Source of the DNA: a virus
Lineage: Duplodnaviria; Caudoviricetes
Length of the DNA stretch: 34,055 nucleotides
Virus record (IMG/VR): IMGVR_UViG_3300010222_000011
Location: 1-34,055 of that record
Strand: one strand, 5' to 3'
The stretch's first letter is position 1; the number at the start of each line of letters is the position of its first letter. Positions 9,709 through 18,132 of the stretch are shown here, piece after piece. The notes beneath the pieces are model-generated. The model had not been told where the DNA came from. It did no database searches and saw nothing but the letters and a program-made list of their open reading frames with translations. Both the position numbers and the translations under genes were made by a program.

Positions 9709-9882
9709 TTACTCCTCACCCCATTTTTCTTTGAAAGTACCTTTTGACAGGGCGGAAAGCTGCTCTTGGCTGTAGTTGTAATCCTTGAAAAGCTTGTTTC
9801 TGGCAGGCGTATGGTCATATTCCCGTACAGCATCTTTCAGCTCCTCTTTCGACATCTCGTCAACATCAAAACAGACAACCAT
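9709..9882 (-). CDS. 57-aa hypothetical protein
   Basis: MVVCFDVDEMSKEELKDAV...KWGEE; TAATG coupling to the upstream gene. Confidence 0.7.
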   Translation of the reverse strand: MVVCFDVDEMSKEELKDAVREYDHTPARNKLFKDYNYSQEQLSALSKGTFKEKWGEE

Positions 9883-10130
9883 TATTCTACCACCTCCTTG
9901 ACTTTCTCCACAGCTTCCTCACGGCTTTCAAACTCGCCGATTCGATGTTTGATCATCCAAGGATCGTTGTCTGTTCCGCCTGTCATTGAGACAATCCAGT
10001 CTTCTACTCCTCGGCTTGCACCGACTGTGATACCTGATTTTTCTGTGAAGTCGACTGCGACTTCGAATACTTTTTCGTTGTTTTTGAGAACTTCTGCGTT
10101 TTCGTTTTCAAGTTGCATGTTCTTTGTCAT
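9882..10130 (-). CDS. 82-aa hypothetical protein (start MTKNMQ)
   Basis: The ATG lies just after the conserved GAAGGTAG leader; the longer track start runs into the promoter. Confidence 0.7.
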   Translation of the reverse strand: MTKNMQLENENAEVLKNNEKVFEVAVDFTEKSGITVGASRGVEDWIVSMTGGTDNDPWMIKHRIGEFESREEAVEKVKEVVE

Positions 10131-10134
10131 GGTC

Positions 10135-10182
10135 TTTCTACCTTCTATACTTATATTATACCTTAACACTTATAAAGGCTTC
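10135..10182 (-). promoter_or_regulatory. Conserved early-type archaeal promoter, copy 1
   Basis: Minus TTTATAAG (10176-10169), then about 20 nt, then TATAGAAGGTAGAAA. Same layout as at 17.36 and 21.82 kb. Confidence 0.75.
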
Positions 10183-10243
10183 CCAAATAAGAATGTTTTA
10201 TCCCAAAATCTAATATATCTAATAGGGAAAAATCAAAGACAAT

Positions 10244-12970
10244 CTAACCTGACCAGTTATAAACCGTTGAATTACTCATACTGAAATCCTCTGCGATCTC
10301 CGTCTTACTCTTCTCATTAACTACCCGGCTCCAAAACTCTTCAAAACTATCCTCATCTTCTTTTGAATGTTGTTTCCAGACCTCAAACCTTCTCTTACTC
10401 ATACCCAAGTCCACCAGAATATTGTCAAAGTCTTGGTCAAGCTGCTGCACGGTATCCGGCATATCCTCAGCAAGCACCGGGCTCTGTGAACACCTGCAGT
10501 TGAAGGGCTGGTCCTCTCCTACAACCCTCGCCGACCTAGGATAATCATTCGGTTGATCATCTGAAACACTGGGTACTGTGAACTGGCCATCTTTCTCTAC
10601 TATAGTTCCATCCATTGTTTTATGCCATTCCCGGACCCGTGAATCTGACGTAGAAATCCACTCTTTTCCTTGAACTAGGTCTGTGGATTCAGCTAGTGCC
10701 TGACTGCCCTTCCTACTGCTTTGTAAAGTCTCGGTCCGGGCAACCAACTCCGCATGATTATCTGTAATATCCTCAGAAACCTTGGATACTCGGTCCGTGA
10801 TCTCCGGAATACCCTCTCCTTTCTCCGCACCCTTCAAAATCTGTCTTTTTAATCTGTTTTTGATACTGCTGTCAATCTCTGTAGCCGACTGCAACGCTTC
10901 CTGCCGGATAATATCAGCGGTGAACGTATCTAGTACATTAAAACTGATTTCGACCTTCGTCTCCTCCGGAATATTATATCTTTCCTCTGTCTCGTTTTCT
11001 ACGTCTTCTTGGAAATGTTCAGCGCTCATTTCCAAAGCCCCAAGATTGTTGGATTCCAATACACTGCTGATTCTTTCCTTAATACTTAACTGGTCCACGA
11101 TTTTGTCGGCGTCAACCAGTACACCGTTTTCCTGTGACTCTTCCGGGAACTCCTGCTCAACAATTCCCTGCAAATCACTTAGACTTTTTTCGAAAGCCTG
11201 GGCAACATCCCTCTGCATACTTTCTTTATGCCCGACCAATCCGTCCACATCATCAAAACCTCTTTGATTTCTCAGTGCATCTTTAGTTTGATTCAATAGT
11301 TGGTCGGTATGTTTGAAAGCTTCCCGGTAACCCTCTATTTTTGTGGGGGCGGTGCTTCCCGACCCGTCCTCATCTATTTCTCCGTCCGAACTATCTTTTG
11401 ATCTATATTTTTTTCCGTGCTCTGTTCTATCTTGTCTGCATCCATCATCGTCAATAACTCCTTTTTTGTTTTGGTCTAAGTTAATGTTCAGGTCTTGGAA
11501 CGGGTTGTTGCCGCCATCCCCCGAAGGAACATCATCCAAACCAGTCAGTTGTTCTACTACGTATGCCGGGTTGTTACGGGCGTACTGCTCAAAAGCTGTC
11601 TTCGGAACATCACCCAATTCTCCGAACGTTTCCCGGTCCTTTCTTTCACGGGCCTCATTAATAGTCATGGAATCACTGTTTAACTCGTTTTCTATTATCT
11701 CGTTCTCTATCTTCTCCATGAACTTGTTGTCCGGCCGGTACACAACTTTCAGGTTTCCGTCTACGGCTTCGTACTCCCGCATAAACGGTAGGACTTGGTT
11801 GTTCCACCTGTTCTCAAACATTTCAATAAGTCCACTGGTGACTCTTTCCCAGATCTGCCGTTTCCCATTATCGCTGATACCTTTGTTAGCGTTTTCTAAT
11901 GCACCGCCTTCAATATCGTTTAATCCGTAGCTCCAGACCAGTTTTTTAGTGTACCACTTTTGTGACTCCAGGAACTGCATTTTCTCCGGTTCCGGATCCA
12001 ACGGTATGTAGTCAATGTCTTCTTTGCTTCCGACTACCGGTAGTTCGTGTTCGTTTCCTGCCGTGCCCTTCAACTTGTTTTTAATGCTTTGTACTTGGTC
12101 CTGTGAAAGGTCGGCGCCGACCGCCATCACACCTTTATGGAACTCGTTATCCAGGAAGAACTTGTTTCTATGGATGTCGCCGTTGATCATGATTTCTGCG
12201 GCATCCTTCACTTTTTCTGTCCGGCCACGACCATACGGACTGTACGTCTTTTTGTTCTGTGACTCGGAGAACCAGACGATTTGGTCACGGCTGAACTCTT
12301 TAGTATCTTTTTTGGAGAAGATACGGGAGAACTCGAGTTCTGACATATGGTTACGGATCTTGTTAACATCTATTCCGTCATTGCTGTGTCCGAACAGGTT
12401 ACGGGCATGGTTCGTTAACCCGAACTGGTAATACGCTGGTTCACCGGTGTCAGGGCCTGGCAACCGGCCGTACTCATCTTGGTTGATTGTGAAGGTTACG
12501 CCGTCCCGGACATACATTTCATCCAAGTAACCATCATTATCTGATATTAGTTCTAGGACGCCGCTGTTCAAATCCAGTACATCATCCAAGAGTTGGCCGT
12601 GCAAATCATCCACGGTCTCCTGGTTTTGGTTGAAGTTTCCATTGAAAAACTGTTTAACGTTTTCAGCCGCTTCTATTTCTTGTTGACTGGGTTCCCGACT
12701 TTCGCCATCCGGTACATCAACTACTACATCAAAATCTATACTGGCGATCTGGGACTTGATAATATCCTTCAACCATTCAACTTGACTGGTCTGACCAAGG
12801 GCTCGGATAGTAAATAGATCGGCTTTCCGCGGGACTCCATCCATACTTTCGTTGAAGAAAACACTGCTGATTTCTCCCAGTGGTTGGCTGGTGTCGTTGC
12901 CGCTTACTCCGTCAATACTTGCCTTCGAATTACTACTATTGTTTAGTGAGATGATGTCGCCGGCTCCCAT
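10244..12970 (-). CDS. Portal protein fused to a MuF/SPP1-gp7 head morphogenesis domain and a C-terminal HTH, 908 aa
   Basis: Portal motifs (YSPYGRG, KMQFLES, MTINEARE), MuF motifs (LVARTET, KEWISTSDSRVREWH, FNCRC) and HTH KSKTEIAEDFSMSNSTVYNW. Confidence 0.92.
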   Translation of the reverse strand: MGAGDIISLNNSSNSKASIDGVSGNDTSQPLGEISSVFFNESMDGVPRKADLFTIRALGQTSQVEWLKDIIKSQIASIDFDVVVDVPDGESREPSQQEIEAAENVKQFFNGNFNQNQETVDDLHGQLLDDVLDLNSGVLELISDNDGYLDEMYVRDGVTFTINQDEYGRLPGPDTGEPAYYQFGLTNHARNLFGHSNDGIDVNKIRNHMSELEFSRIFSKKDTKEFSRDQIVWFSESQNKKTYSPYGRGRTEKVKDAAEIMINGDIHRNKFFLDNEFHKGVMAVGADLSQDQVQSIKNKLKGTAGNEHELPVVGSKEDIDYIPLDPEPEKMQFLESQKWYTKKLVWSYGLNDIEGGALENANKGISDNGKRQIWERVTSGLIEMFENRWNNQVLPFMREYEAVDGNLKVVYRPDNKFMEKIENEIIENELNSDSMTINEARERKDRETFGELGDVPKTAFEQYARNNPAYVVEQLTGLDDVPSGDGGNNPFQDLNINLDQNKKGVIDDDGCRQDRTEHGKKYRSKDSSDGEIDEDGSGSTAPTKIEGYREAFKHTDQLLNQTKDALRNQRGFDDVDGLVGHKESMQRDVAQAFEKSLSDLQGIVEQEFPEESQENGVLVDADKIVDQLSIKERISSVLESNNLGALEMSAEHFQEDVENETEERYNIPEETKVEISFNVLDTFTADIIRQEALQSATEIDSSIKNRLKRQILKGAEKGEGIPEITDRVSKVSEDITDNHAELVARTETLQSSRKGSQALAESTDLVQGKEWISTSDSRVREWHKTMDGTIVEKDGQFTVPSVSDDQPNDYPRSARVVGEDQPFNCRCSQSPVLAEDMPDTVQQLDQDFDNILVDLGMSKRRFEVWKQHSKEDEDSFEEFWSRVVNEKSKTEIAEDFSMSNSTVYNWSG

Positions 12971-13020
12971 AATAATCTTTTTTACAGGTAAAGATTAACT
13001 GGTGTACAATTTAAAGGTGA

Positions 13021-13323
13021 CTACTTTTCCCGTTTTGAATAATTCTGGACCTCAAGCTCTACATGAAATGCTTCAACCAGGTTTTTCTCTACTTCAAATT
13101 TGTAAGTGCTGCATTCAGGGTTCCGGCAAACTTTCTGCTTTCTAATTCCCGTAGTCATTACGGTAGTATCTACTGTGTAGTCACATTCATTGTTCGGGCA
13201 TTTGATAACTACAGATTTTCTCTGTGTTACTGTGTTTTCAAAGTTTGAGAACCATTCCCTGATTTGATCCGGCTCAATTTTCACTGATTTTTTCCCTCGG
13301 TTTTTTGTGCTTGGTCTAGCCAT
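13021..13323 (-). CDS. Zn-ribbon protein, 100 aa
   Basis: CPNNEC...CRNPEC. Confidence 0.65.
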   Translation of the reverse strand: MARPSTKNRGKKSVKIEPDQIREWFSNFENTVTQRKSVVIKCPNNECDYTVDTTVMTTGIRKQKVCRNPECSTYKFEVEKNLVEAFHVELEVQNYSKREK

Positions 13324-13601
13324 GGCCCGAACACTTCACGGATCTGGCCCGGCCCCATCTCACTGAAACTGTCAACATTGTTCAGTACGACGTGGATGGC
13401 TTGGGGGTCACGGTTATTCCTTTGAATGAACTCTGACTTAATCCGTTTCTTTAATCCTTCGGCCTGCTGGTCAGTGCAATTTAGGTCCCATAAATAAACA
13501 ACGTCTCTCCGGTCCTCCAGTTTATGTATTTCATTAACCGGGGAAATATCTATTTTTAATAGGTCGGCCAGTTTTTTCAAGAACAAGCGGCGTTTATTCA
13601 T
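13281..13601 (-). CDS. Hypothetical protein, 106 aa
   Basis: ATGA coupling upstream; genome-typical composition. Confidence 0.65.
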   Translation of the reverse strand: MNKRRLFLKKLADLLKIDISPVNEIHKLEDRRDVVYLWDLNCTDQQAEGLKKRIKSEFIQRNNRDPQAIHVVLNNVDSFSEMGPGQIREVFGPWLDQAQKTEGKNQ

Positions 13602-13762
13602 TTCTCAATTACCTCTAATTCCATAGCGCTGTCAGCGAACACTTTTAAATCCGCTTTTTTGACCATGTCTTTTCTATCCTCAGGTATGTAGCCGTGTTCA
13701 ACAAGGAGATTAAGCAAATCTTTCTCAAATTCAAGGTCCTTATCTAAATTAATTATACTCAT
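13598..13762 (-). CDS. 54-aa hypothetical protein (not in track)
   Basis: MSIINLDKDLEFEKDLLNLL...EVIEK fills the gap exactly, with an ATGA overlap. Confidence 0.65.
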   Translation of the reverse strand: MSIINLDKDLEFEKDLLNLLVEHGYIPEDRKDMVKKADLKVFADSAMELEVIEK

Positions 13763-13764
13763 TG

Positions 13765-14037
13765 TTACTCGGTCTCTTTTTCTATGTTTTTAGCGAACTC
13801 GATAAGCTTTTCATTTACTTCTTCCTTAGGTAGGTTAACACTGTTTATTTGCTGTGTTTTTCGTTCTTTGTAATTGCATTCCTGGCATTTTCTGATCTTC
13901 CTAGTGAAAATTTTACAGCCTTCAGAACAAAGTTTGGGAGTTACAGTAATTGATTTTTCATGAAATTTGTATGCTGGTTTCCAATCTCCTAAATGATGCG
14001 TTCTCTTGTTTTTCAATCCTAGTTTTTCCAAAATCAT
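13765..14037 (-). CDS. Cys-containing basic protein, 90 aa
   Basis: CSEGC...CQEC; ATGA coupling. Confidence 0.6.
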   Translation of the reverse strand: MILEKLGLKNKRTHHLGDWKPAYKFHEKSITVTPKLCSEGCKIFTRKIRKCQECNYKERKTQQINSVNLPKEEVNEKLIEFAKNIEKETE

Positions 14038-14366
14038 TTTTCCACCTCTCCAAGTTTAACAACTTTATAGAAATAAAGAACATAAGGCATACATCCTTGA
14101 TGATTAACAACTTCCTGCCTCCAATCATCTGGCATATCAAAACCAGATAAATCATAATAATTTCTGAACATATCTTGTTTTGCCAGTGACTCTTTAGTTT
14201 TTCTAACTTCTTTGATCTCTGCCTCAAATAATTTAGGTCCTGTTCTTGTTCCTCTCACCCAAACTTTTTCTCCTTCTTTTTTAGCATTGGTTCTGGCTGT
14301 CCAGACTTTGCCTTTGACACTTAGCTGAGAAAGCGCCGGTTCACTAGAGAAAACCATTGGTTTCAT
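14034..14366 (-). CDS. ASCH/PUA-like domain protein, paralog B, 110 aa
   Basis: F......GKVWTAR...GE.VWV...G...AEI..V...SGF....W pattern; aligns with 16550..16873. Confidence 0.6.
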   Translation of the reverse strand: MKPMVFSSEPALSQLSVKGKVWTARTNAKKEGEKVWVRGTRTGPKLFEAEIKEVRKTKESLAKQDMFRNYYDLSGFDMPDDWRQEVVNHQGCMPYVLYFYKVVKLGEVEK

Positions 14367-14725
14367 TATTTTTCCATCTCTGTTAGGGTAGCCATATTAT
14401 CTACATCGGCTTGTTCTAAGTGTTTCTCGCATAAAGGAATTGCTACGTCTAAATCTCCGCCAAGATTCACTCTTAAAGCATTTGTTGCTTTTTTACTGCA
14501 TCCCGATGTCCCTGAATGACAGCAGTTCTGCTTGTAATCCAGTGATCCTATTCTTTCAGTGTAGTTTCGGCCTCTGAACTGTTTTAAGTAGTCTCTGATT
14601 TCTTCTGTTATTTCTATTGTGGTTGTATCGTCTTTTTTATGCGGGTTCAATGATTTTTGTCCGGCTTCTTCTAGTTCTTCCCAGTATTTTCTACCTATCG
14701 ACTTACCGTATGTCTCCATAGTCAA
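14366..14725 (-). CDS. RHH-like plus Zn-finger protein, about 119 aa
   Basis: TTTIEITEEIRDYLK..GRNY..I (RHH-like), followed by C..C...CEKH. Confidence 0.55.
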   Translation of the reverse strand: MTMETYGKSIGRKYWEELEEAGQKSLNPHKKDDTTTIEITEEIRDYLKQFRGRNYTERIGSLDYKQNCCHSGTSGCSKKATNALRVNLGGDLDVAIPLCEKHLEQADVDNMATLTEMEK

Positions 14726-14760
14726 ACAATAACATTACTATAGTTTTAAATGTTTTTATC

Positions 14761-16221
14761 TTAAATCACAAAGCCGGTGTTGGGCTCAAACATTGACATC
14801 ATTAAAGAATCACTGAAGTCAGGGCTGCCGCTGTCAGGATCAACAATCCGGACCTTATCCTTAGCCCGGCGCTCCGTCCTTATATGAGTCAGTTCATGCA
14901 CCAGTTTGTTACTCGGCATATCCAGATCATTATTACGCCAACCATCCATGAAAGAAATTGTCTGGTCCTGCAAGTGATCCCGGAGCTTGAAATAATTCCG
15001 GGCCTTCTTATTCTGAAACCTGTCCCCTTCACTACTGGGGTTGGTGCCGGCCCGGAACTCCGAAACACTGTACCCGTATTCTTTTAGTTTGCTGTAGACA
15101 CCGGCCCCAATACCTACACTATCGACAATCACTCCGTCAACTTTTCCTGGTTCCTCTTTAATCCGGTTACGTATCCACTCCGCGGTACTCCCGGTATCAC
15201 TACTGTACTTCTTACTGAATTGATCCGTAACCAAGTGCTCGCCCTTCAAACTTTCTTTCCGGCTTACGACTATCAGGTCTTCGCCTTTCCCGGCTATATC
15301 GGCTGAGTATTTTACATCAGTATCAAGATCCAGGTCACGGTTTTTACTGGCTTCAATAAAGTTAACTCTGCGTTCAGCTCTCTTAATCCAAGAATGTTTG
15401 ATCAATGCGTTATCAACTTGATCCGGAAACCTTGACTTGTACAAGACTTTGTACTCCAATGAATTTTTTCCGCCAACATCTTTAGCCTTCTTATCAAAAA
15501 ATCTTTCTGAGTGGCGACCGATTTCTATTCCTTTTTCATCATCGACATGGAAACACTTGAAATCATCACTGATCCAATGACTATAGAACTGGTTGTCCTT
15601 ATGGAAAGGGTTCCCGGCCTCAATCAGGACTGCGTCCTCAGTGTTCAGCATACGGGCAATATTCTTCTTCCAAACACTTTCACTGATACGATTACTTTCG
15701 TCCATTACAACGATGTCGGCGCCTGACCCCATCAATCCTTGGCCCTTACCACTACTCCCTGAACTAGCGGATAAACACTGGATCCGTATATCTCCATCGT
15801 TCAAAGTAATCAATGACTGACTAGCACTTTTCTTTAAGTCTTCAGGATCACTGCCCCGACTAGTATCAATCATGTCCTTGAACTCCTTGCTTTCCAAACC
15901 AGCCTCAAGTAGATCGTCTCTTACGTTTTCTGCATCATTCATTGCCGGGCCGATAATACTTATTTCAAAATTACTTAGGTTTTCACCGTTCAAGATAAGG
16001 TGGAGCGCAAGGCCGACTCCGATGCTGAAAGATTTTCCGAATTGGCTGTATGTGTTGAGAAGTAAACGGTTTTCAGTTTGGAATACAATAGTTTTTACAA
16101 TGTCTTCTTGAATCGGGTATAGTTCTATGTTGAAGAAGTAGTCTACCAGGACTTTGACATCCTTTTGTTGAATAGCTTTCTCCAGTAAATCACTTTCACT
16201 TTCCTGTCTTTGTTTTGTCAT
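14761..16221 (-). CDS. terL: Terminase large subunit (likely start MTKQR at 16221)
   Basis: Q motif LYPIQ, Walker A SQFGKS, Walker B IVVMDES, AGNP, and RNase H nuclease motifs SADIAGKGED, DSVGIG, SPDFSDS. Confidence 0.93.
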   Translation of the reverse strand: MTKQRQESESDLLEKAIQQKDVKVLVDYFFNIELYPIQEDIVKTIVFQTENRLLLNTYSQFGKSFSIGVGLALHLILNGENLSNFEISIIGPAMNDAENVRDDLLEAGLESKEFKDMIDTSRGSDPEDLKKSASQSLITLNDGDIRIQCLSASSGSSGKGQGLMGSGADIVVMDESNRISESVWKKNIARMLNTEDAVLIEAGNPFHKDNQFYSHWISDDFKCFHVDDEKGIEIGRHSERFFDKKAKDVGGKNSLEYKVLYKSRFPDQVDNALIKHSWIKRAERRVNFIEASKNRDLDLDTDVKYSADIAGKGEDLIVVSRKESLKGEHLVTDQFSKKYSSDTGSTAEWIRNRIKEEPGKVDGVIVDSVGIGAGVYSKLKEYGYSVSEFRAGTNPSSEGDRFQNKKARNYFKLRDHLQDQTISFMDGWRNNDLDMPSNKLVHELTHIRTERRAKDKVRIVDPDSGSPDFSDSLMMSMFEPNTGFVI

Positions 16222-16562
16222 TGTTTTTTGGTCCACATCTTATGCGTTGTGATTATTTCAATGATCCCTCTTTCTTTAATATTGTAATAATAATAGACAT
16301 CGTTTTCGTCATCCAATTTCCTGGTTTCCAATGCTTGAAGTACAGGGTTCTCCTTCAAGTAAATGTTGTATCCGCCTCTATCACTTCTAGCGGTCAGAGA
16401 ATAGTTTTTACTGTAACCGAGTTCTCTTAATTTGTTGCTTAATGCACGGCTTGGATAGCTGTAGTTGTATTCTTCCGCTATTTCCTTGACTGTCTTGTTT
16501 TTGTCTAGTTCTTTCTCTAACTGTTCCAAACTTATCTTTGATTTACCTGTCATTCTATCCAC
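16218..16562 (-). CDS. HTH protein with a possible AbrB-like C-terminus, 114 aa
   Basis: KTVKEIAEEYNYSYPSRALSNKLRELG. Confidence 0.6.
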   Translation of the reverse strand: MDRMTGKSKISLEQLEKELDKNKTVKEIAEEYNYSYPSRALSNKLRELGYSKNYSLTARSDRGGYNIYLKENPVLQALETRKLDDENDVYYYYNIKERGIIEIITTHKMWTKKQ

Positions 16563-16873
16563 CTTGCATTAAGATAGAGGATCCATCCGTCTTTGATGTG
16601 GCCGTGCATTTCTATTATACGGTCGTACCATTCATGGGCATGAGTAAATCCTGTAGGCATTTCACCAAACGATTTCTGCAACCTGTAAATATTGTCTTTG
16701 CTTATACGCACCGCTTTAAACAGATCGGCTTCACCTACTTTAGGACCTGCTCTTGCTCTTTTTACCCAGAATTCTTGATCACTCGGTAGTTCACCTGTCC
16801 TGTATGTAGCGATTTCTCCTTTGTTTTTGAATGCTTTGAATACGTTGTCTTCTTGGAAAATAATCGGTTTCAT
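16550..16873 (-). CDS. ASCH/PUA-like domain protein, paralog A, 107 aa
   Basis: MKPIIF...GEIATYR...WVKRARAGPK...TGF....W; clear paralog of 14034..14366. Confidence 0.6.
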   Translation of the reverse strand: MKPIIFQEDNVFKAFKNKGEIATYRTGELPSDQEFWVKRARAGPKVGEADLFKAVRISKDNIYRLQKSFGEMPTGFTHAHEWYDRIIEMHGHIKDGWILYLNARWIE

Positions 16874-16984
16874 TTAATAAGTTTCTTCCCAATTTGTTTT
16901 TTCTCTGTTTCTTTGATGCCGGGCTTCTGCTTTTGCATCATTGATTTCAATGTTTTCCGGGTCAATCCAGAATGGGTAACTCAA
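16874..16984 (-). CDS. 36-aa microprotein (TTG start)
   Basis: MSYPFWIDPENIEINDAKAEARHQRNREKTNWEETY; TTGA overlap upstream, and TAA abuts the next ATG. Confidence 0.5.
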   Translation of the reverse strand: MSYPFWIDPENIEINDAKAEARHQRNREKTNWEETY

Positions 16985-17076
16985 TGAGAATCACTTTTAG
17001 TTAGGAGCCCATAAGTTAGACTGCCGGTAGTTATTCCCAAAGAGAGTGATCCAAGGTATAGAAAGTATTCTATCAT
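16981..17076 (-). CDS. 31-aa membrane microprotein
   Basis: MIEYFLYLGSLSLGITTGSLTYGLLTKSDSH; ATGA overlap. Confidence 0.55.
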   Translation of the reverse strand: MIEYFLYLGSLSLGITTGSLTYGLLTKSDSH

Positions 17077-17195
17077 AGTTCTTCCCAGTTGTCGCATCTA
17101 CAAGGGTTTTCACGGCACTGACTACAAGTCTCTGGTTCTTGAAGTTCTATTTCTTCTTTGGGGAAGGTCGGCGGCAACTTGTTTTTACTGCTCAT
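17073..17195 (-). CDS. 40-aa Cys-rich microprotein
   Basis: MSSKNKLPPTFPKEEIELQEPETCSQCRENPCRCDNWEEL. Confidence 0.6.
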   Translation of the reverse strand: MSSKNKLPPTFPKEEIELQEPETCSQCRENPCRCDNWEEL

Positions 17196-17196
17196 T

Positions 17197-17322
17197 TTAC
17201 TGCATCCCGTTTAGTTCTTTTTCTCCTTTCTCGGTTTTTTCTAGGTCATGGTTGCTGCCTTTGAAGTGTCTGCATTTTTTGTTTTGTGCAGGTATTCTGC
17301 ATTCGGGGCATTGGCTCATCAT
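17197..17322 (-). CDS. 41-aa Zn-finger microprotein
   Basis: MMSQCPECRIPAQNKKCRHFKGSNH...; AGAAGGTGA RBS directly upstream. Confidence 0.65.
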   Translation of the reverse strand: MMSQCPECRIPAQNKKCRHFKGSNHDLEKTEKGEKELNGMQ

Positions 17323-17330
17323 TGTGTCTT

Positions 17331-17381
17331 TTCACCTTCTATACTTACATGGACACGCATTACTTATAAACATTTTCATTG
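17331..17381 (-). promoter_or_regulatory. Conserved early-type archaeal promoter, copy 2
   Basis: Minus CAATGAAAATG-TTTATAAG-TAATG, about 20 nt, then TATAGAAGGTGA; 24 bp identical to 21813-21836. Confidence 0.8.
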
Positions 17382-17407
17382 CATTGCTATGAATCATAAT
17401 TACTGAT

Positions 17408-17602
17408 TTATCGCCTATCCTGCATAATACCAGGAAACAAATCATTTATAACCTCCCTAACAACATCGTCAACGTCATCATGTGACATTGTGTTAACATC
17501 TTCCTTCCATTTCACCATTTTCTCGCTGAAAGAACCGCCGGAATACTGCTCTATCTCCTTAACCAGATCCGGTTGAATCCGCTTATGCTTGCCTTCTACC
17601 AT
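17408..17602 (-). CDS. 64-aa putative RHH-like regulator
   Basis: KRIQPDLVKEIE..GGSFSEKM pattern; near-leaderless start with TGTTAACA boxes upstream. Confidence 0.55.
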   Translation of the reverse strand: MVEGKHKRIQPDLVKEIEQYSGGSFSEKMVKWKEDVNTMSHDDVDDVVREVINDLFPGIMQDRR

Positions 17603-17616
17603 ACACAGTAACTTTG

Positions 17617-17696
17617 TGTTAACAGTTAAAAAGACTGACTAGAAAACCTCCTGCAAAAATACTGGTTTCCCACCACCTGTTAACAAATTGTTAACA
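17617..17696. promoter_or_regulatory. TGTTAACA operator boxes
   Basis: TGTTAACA at 17617-24 and a perfect 19-bp palindrome TGTTAACAA-A-TTGTTAACA at 17678-96. Confidence 0.55.
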
Positions 17697-17711
17697 ACAA
17701 ATATTATAGAA

Positions 17712-17876
17712 CTAATTCCCGACCTGTTTGGCCTCAAGTCTGATCAAACTGTACCTTTGTTTAGTCCAACAACTTTTACAGGTAATACGGATAAAATCCT
17801 GTCCACGTAGTTCCTCCGATAATTTCAGACGCTGAAGAGTTTTACAGCCGCTGCAGATAAACTTCAGAGAACCCAT
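17712..17876 (-). CDS. 54-aa Zn-ribbon microprotein (not in track)
   Basis: MGSLKFICSGCK...ITCKSCWTK..., with two CxxC pairs. Confidence 0.7.
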   Translation of the reverse strand: MGSLKFICSGCKTLQRLKLSEELRGQDFIRITCKSCWTKQRYSLIRLEAKQVGN

Positions 17877-17880
17877 CTAT

Positions 17881-18132
17881 TCACTCTACTTTTTCCACAC
17901 GGGCACGGTAAACAGGCAGCTTCTCCCACAACTTCCAGCACCAAGCCTCTCTATCAGTTACATCCGCCATGAAATAAAAATCATAGGGCTTGGAAGCTTG
18001 TCTCGCCGCAAACACTAACGCCAGAACAACGCCCAAAACCAGCTTTCTTACTAAATAAGTTAGGGCCGGCGGCAGCAAATGCTCCAAAAAAGTCTGGACC
18101 TGATCTTCTTCACCATAATTACTCTGAGGCAT
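17881..18132 (-). CDS. 83-aa membrane protein (start MPQSN)
   Basis: Hydrophobic segment LVLGVVLALVFAA; overlaps the TerS end. Confidence 0.55.
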   Translation of the reverse strand: MPQSNYGEEDQVQTFLEHLLPPALTYLVRKLVLGVVLALVFAARQASKPYDFYFMADVTDREAWCWKLWEKLPVYRARVEKVE

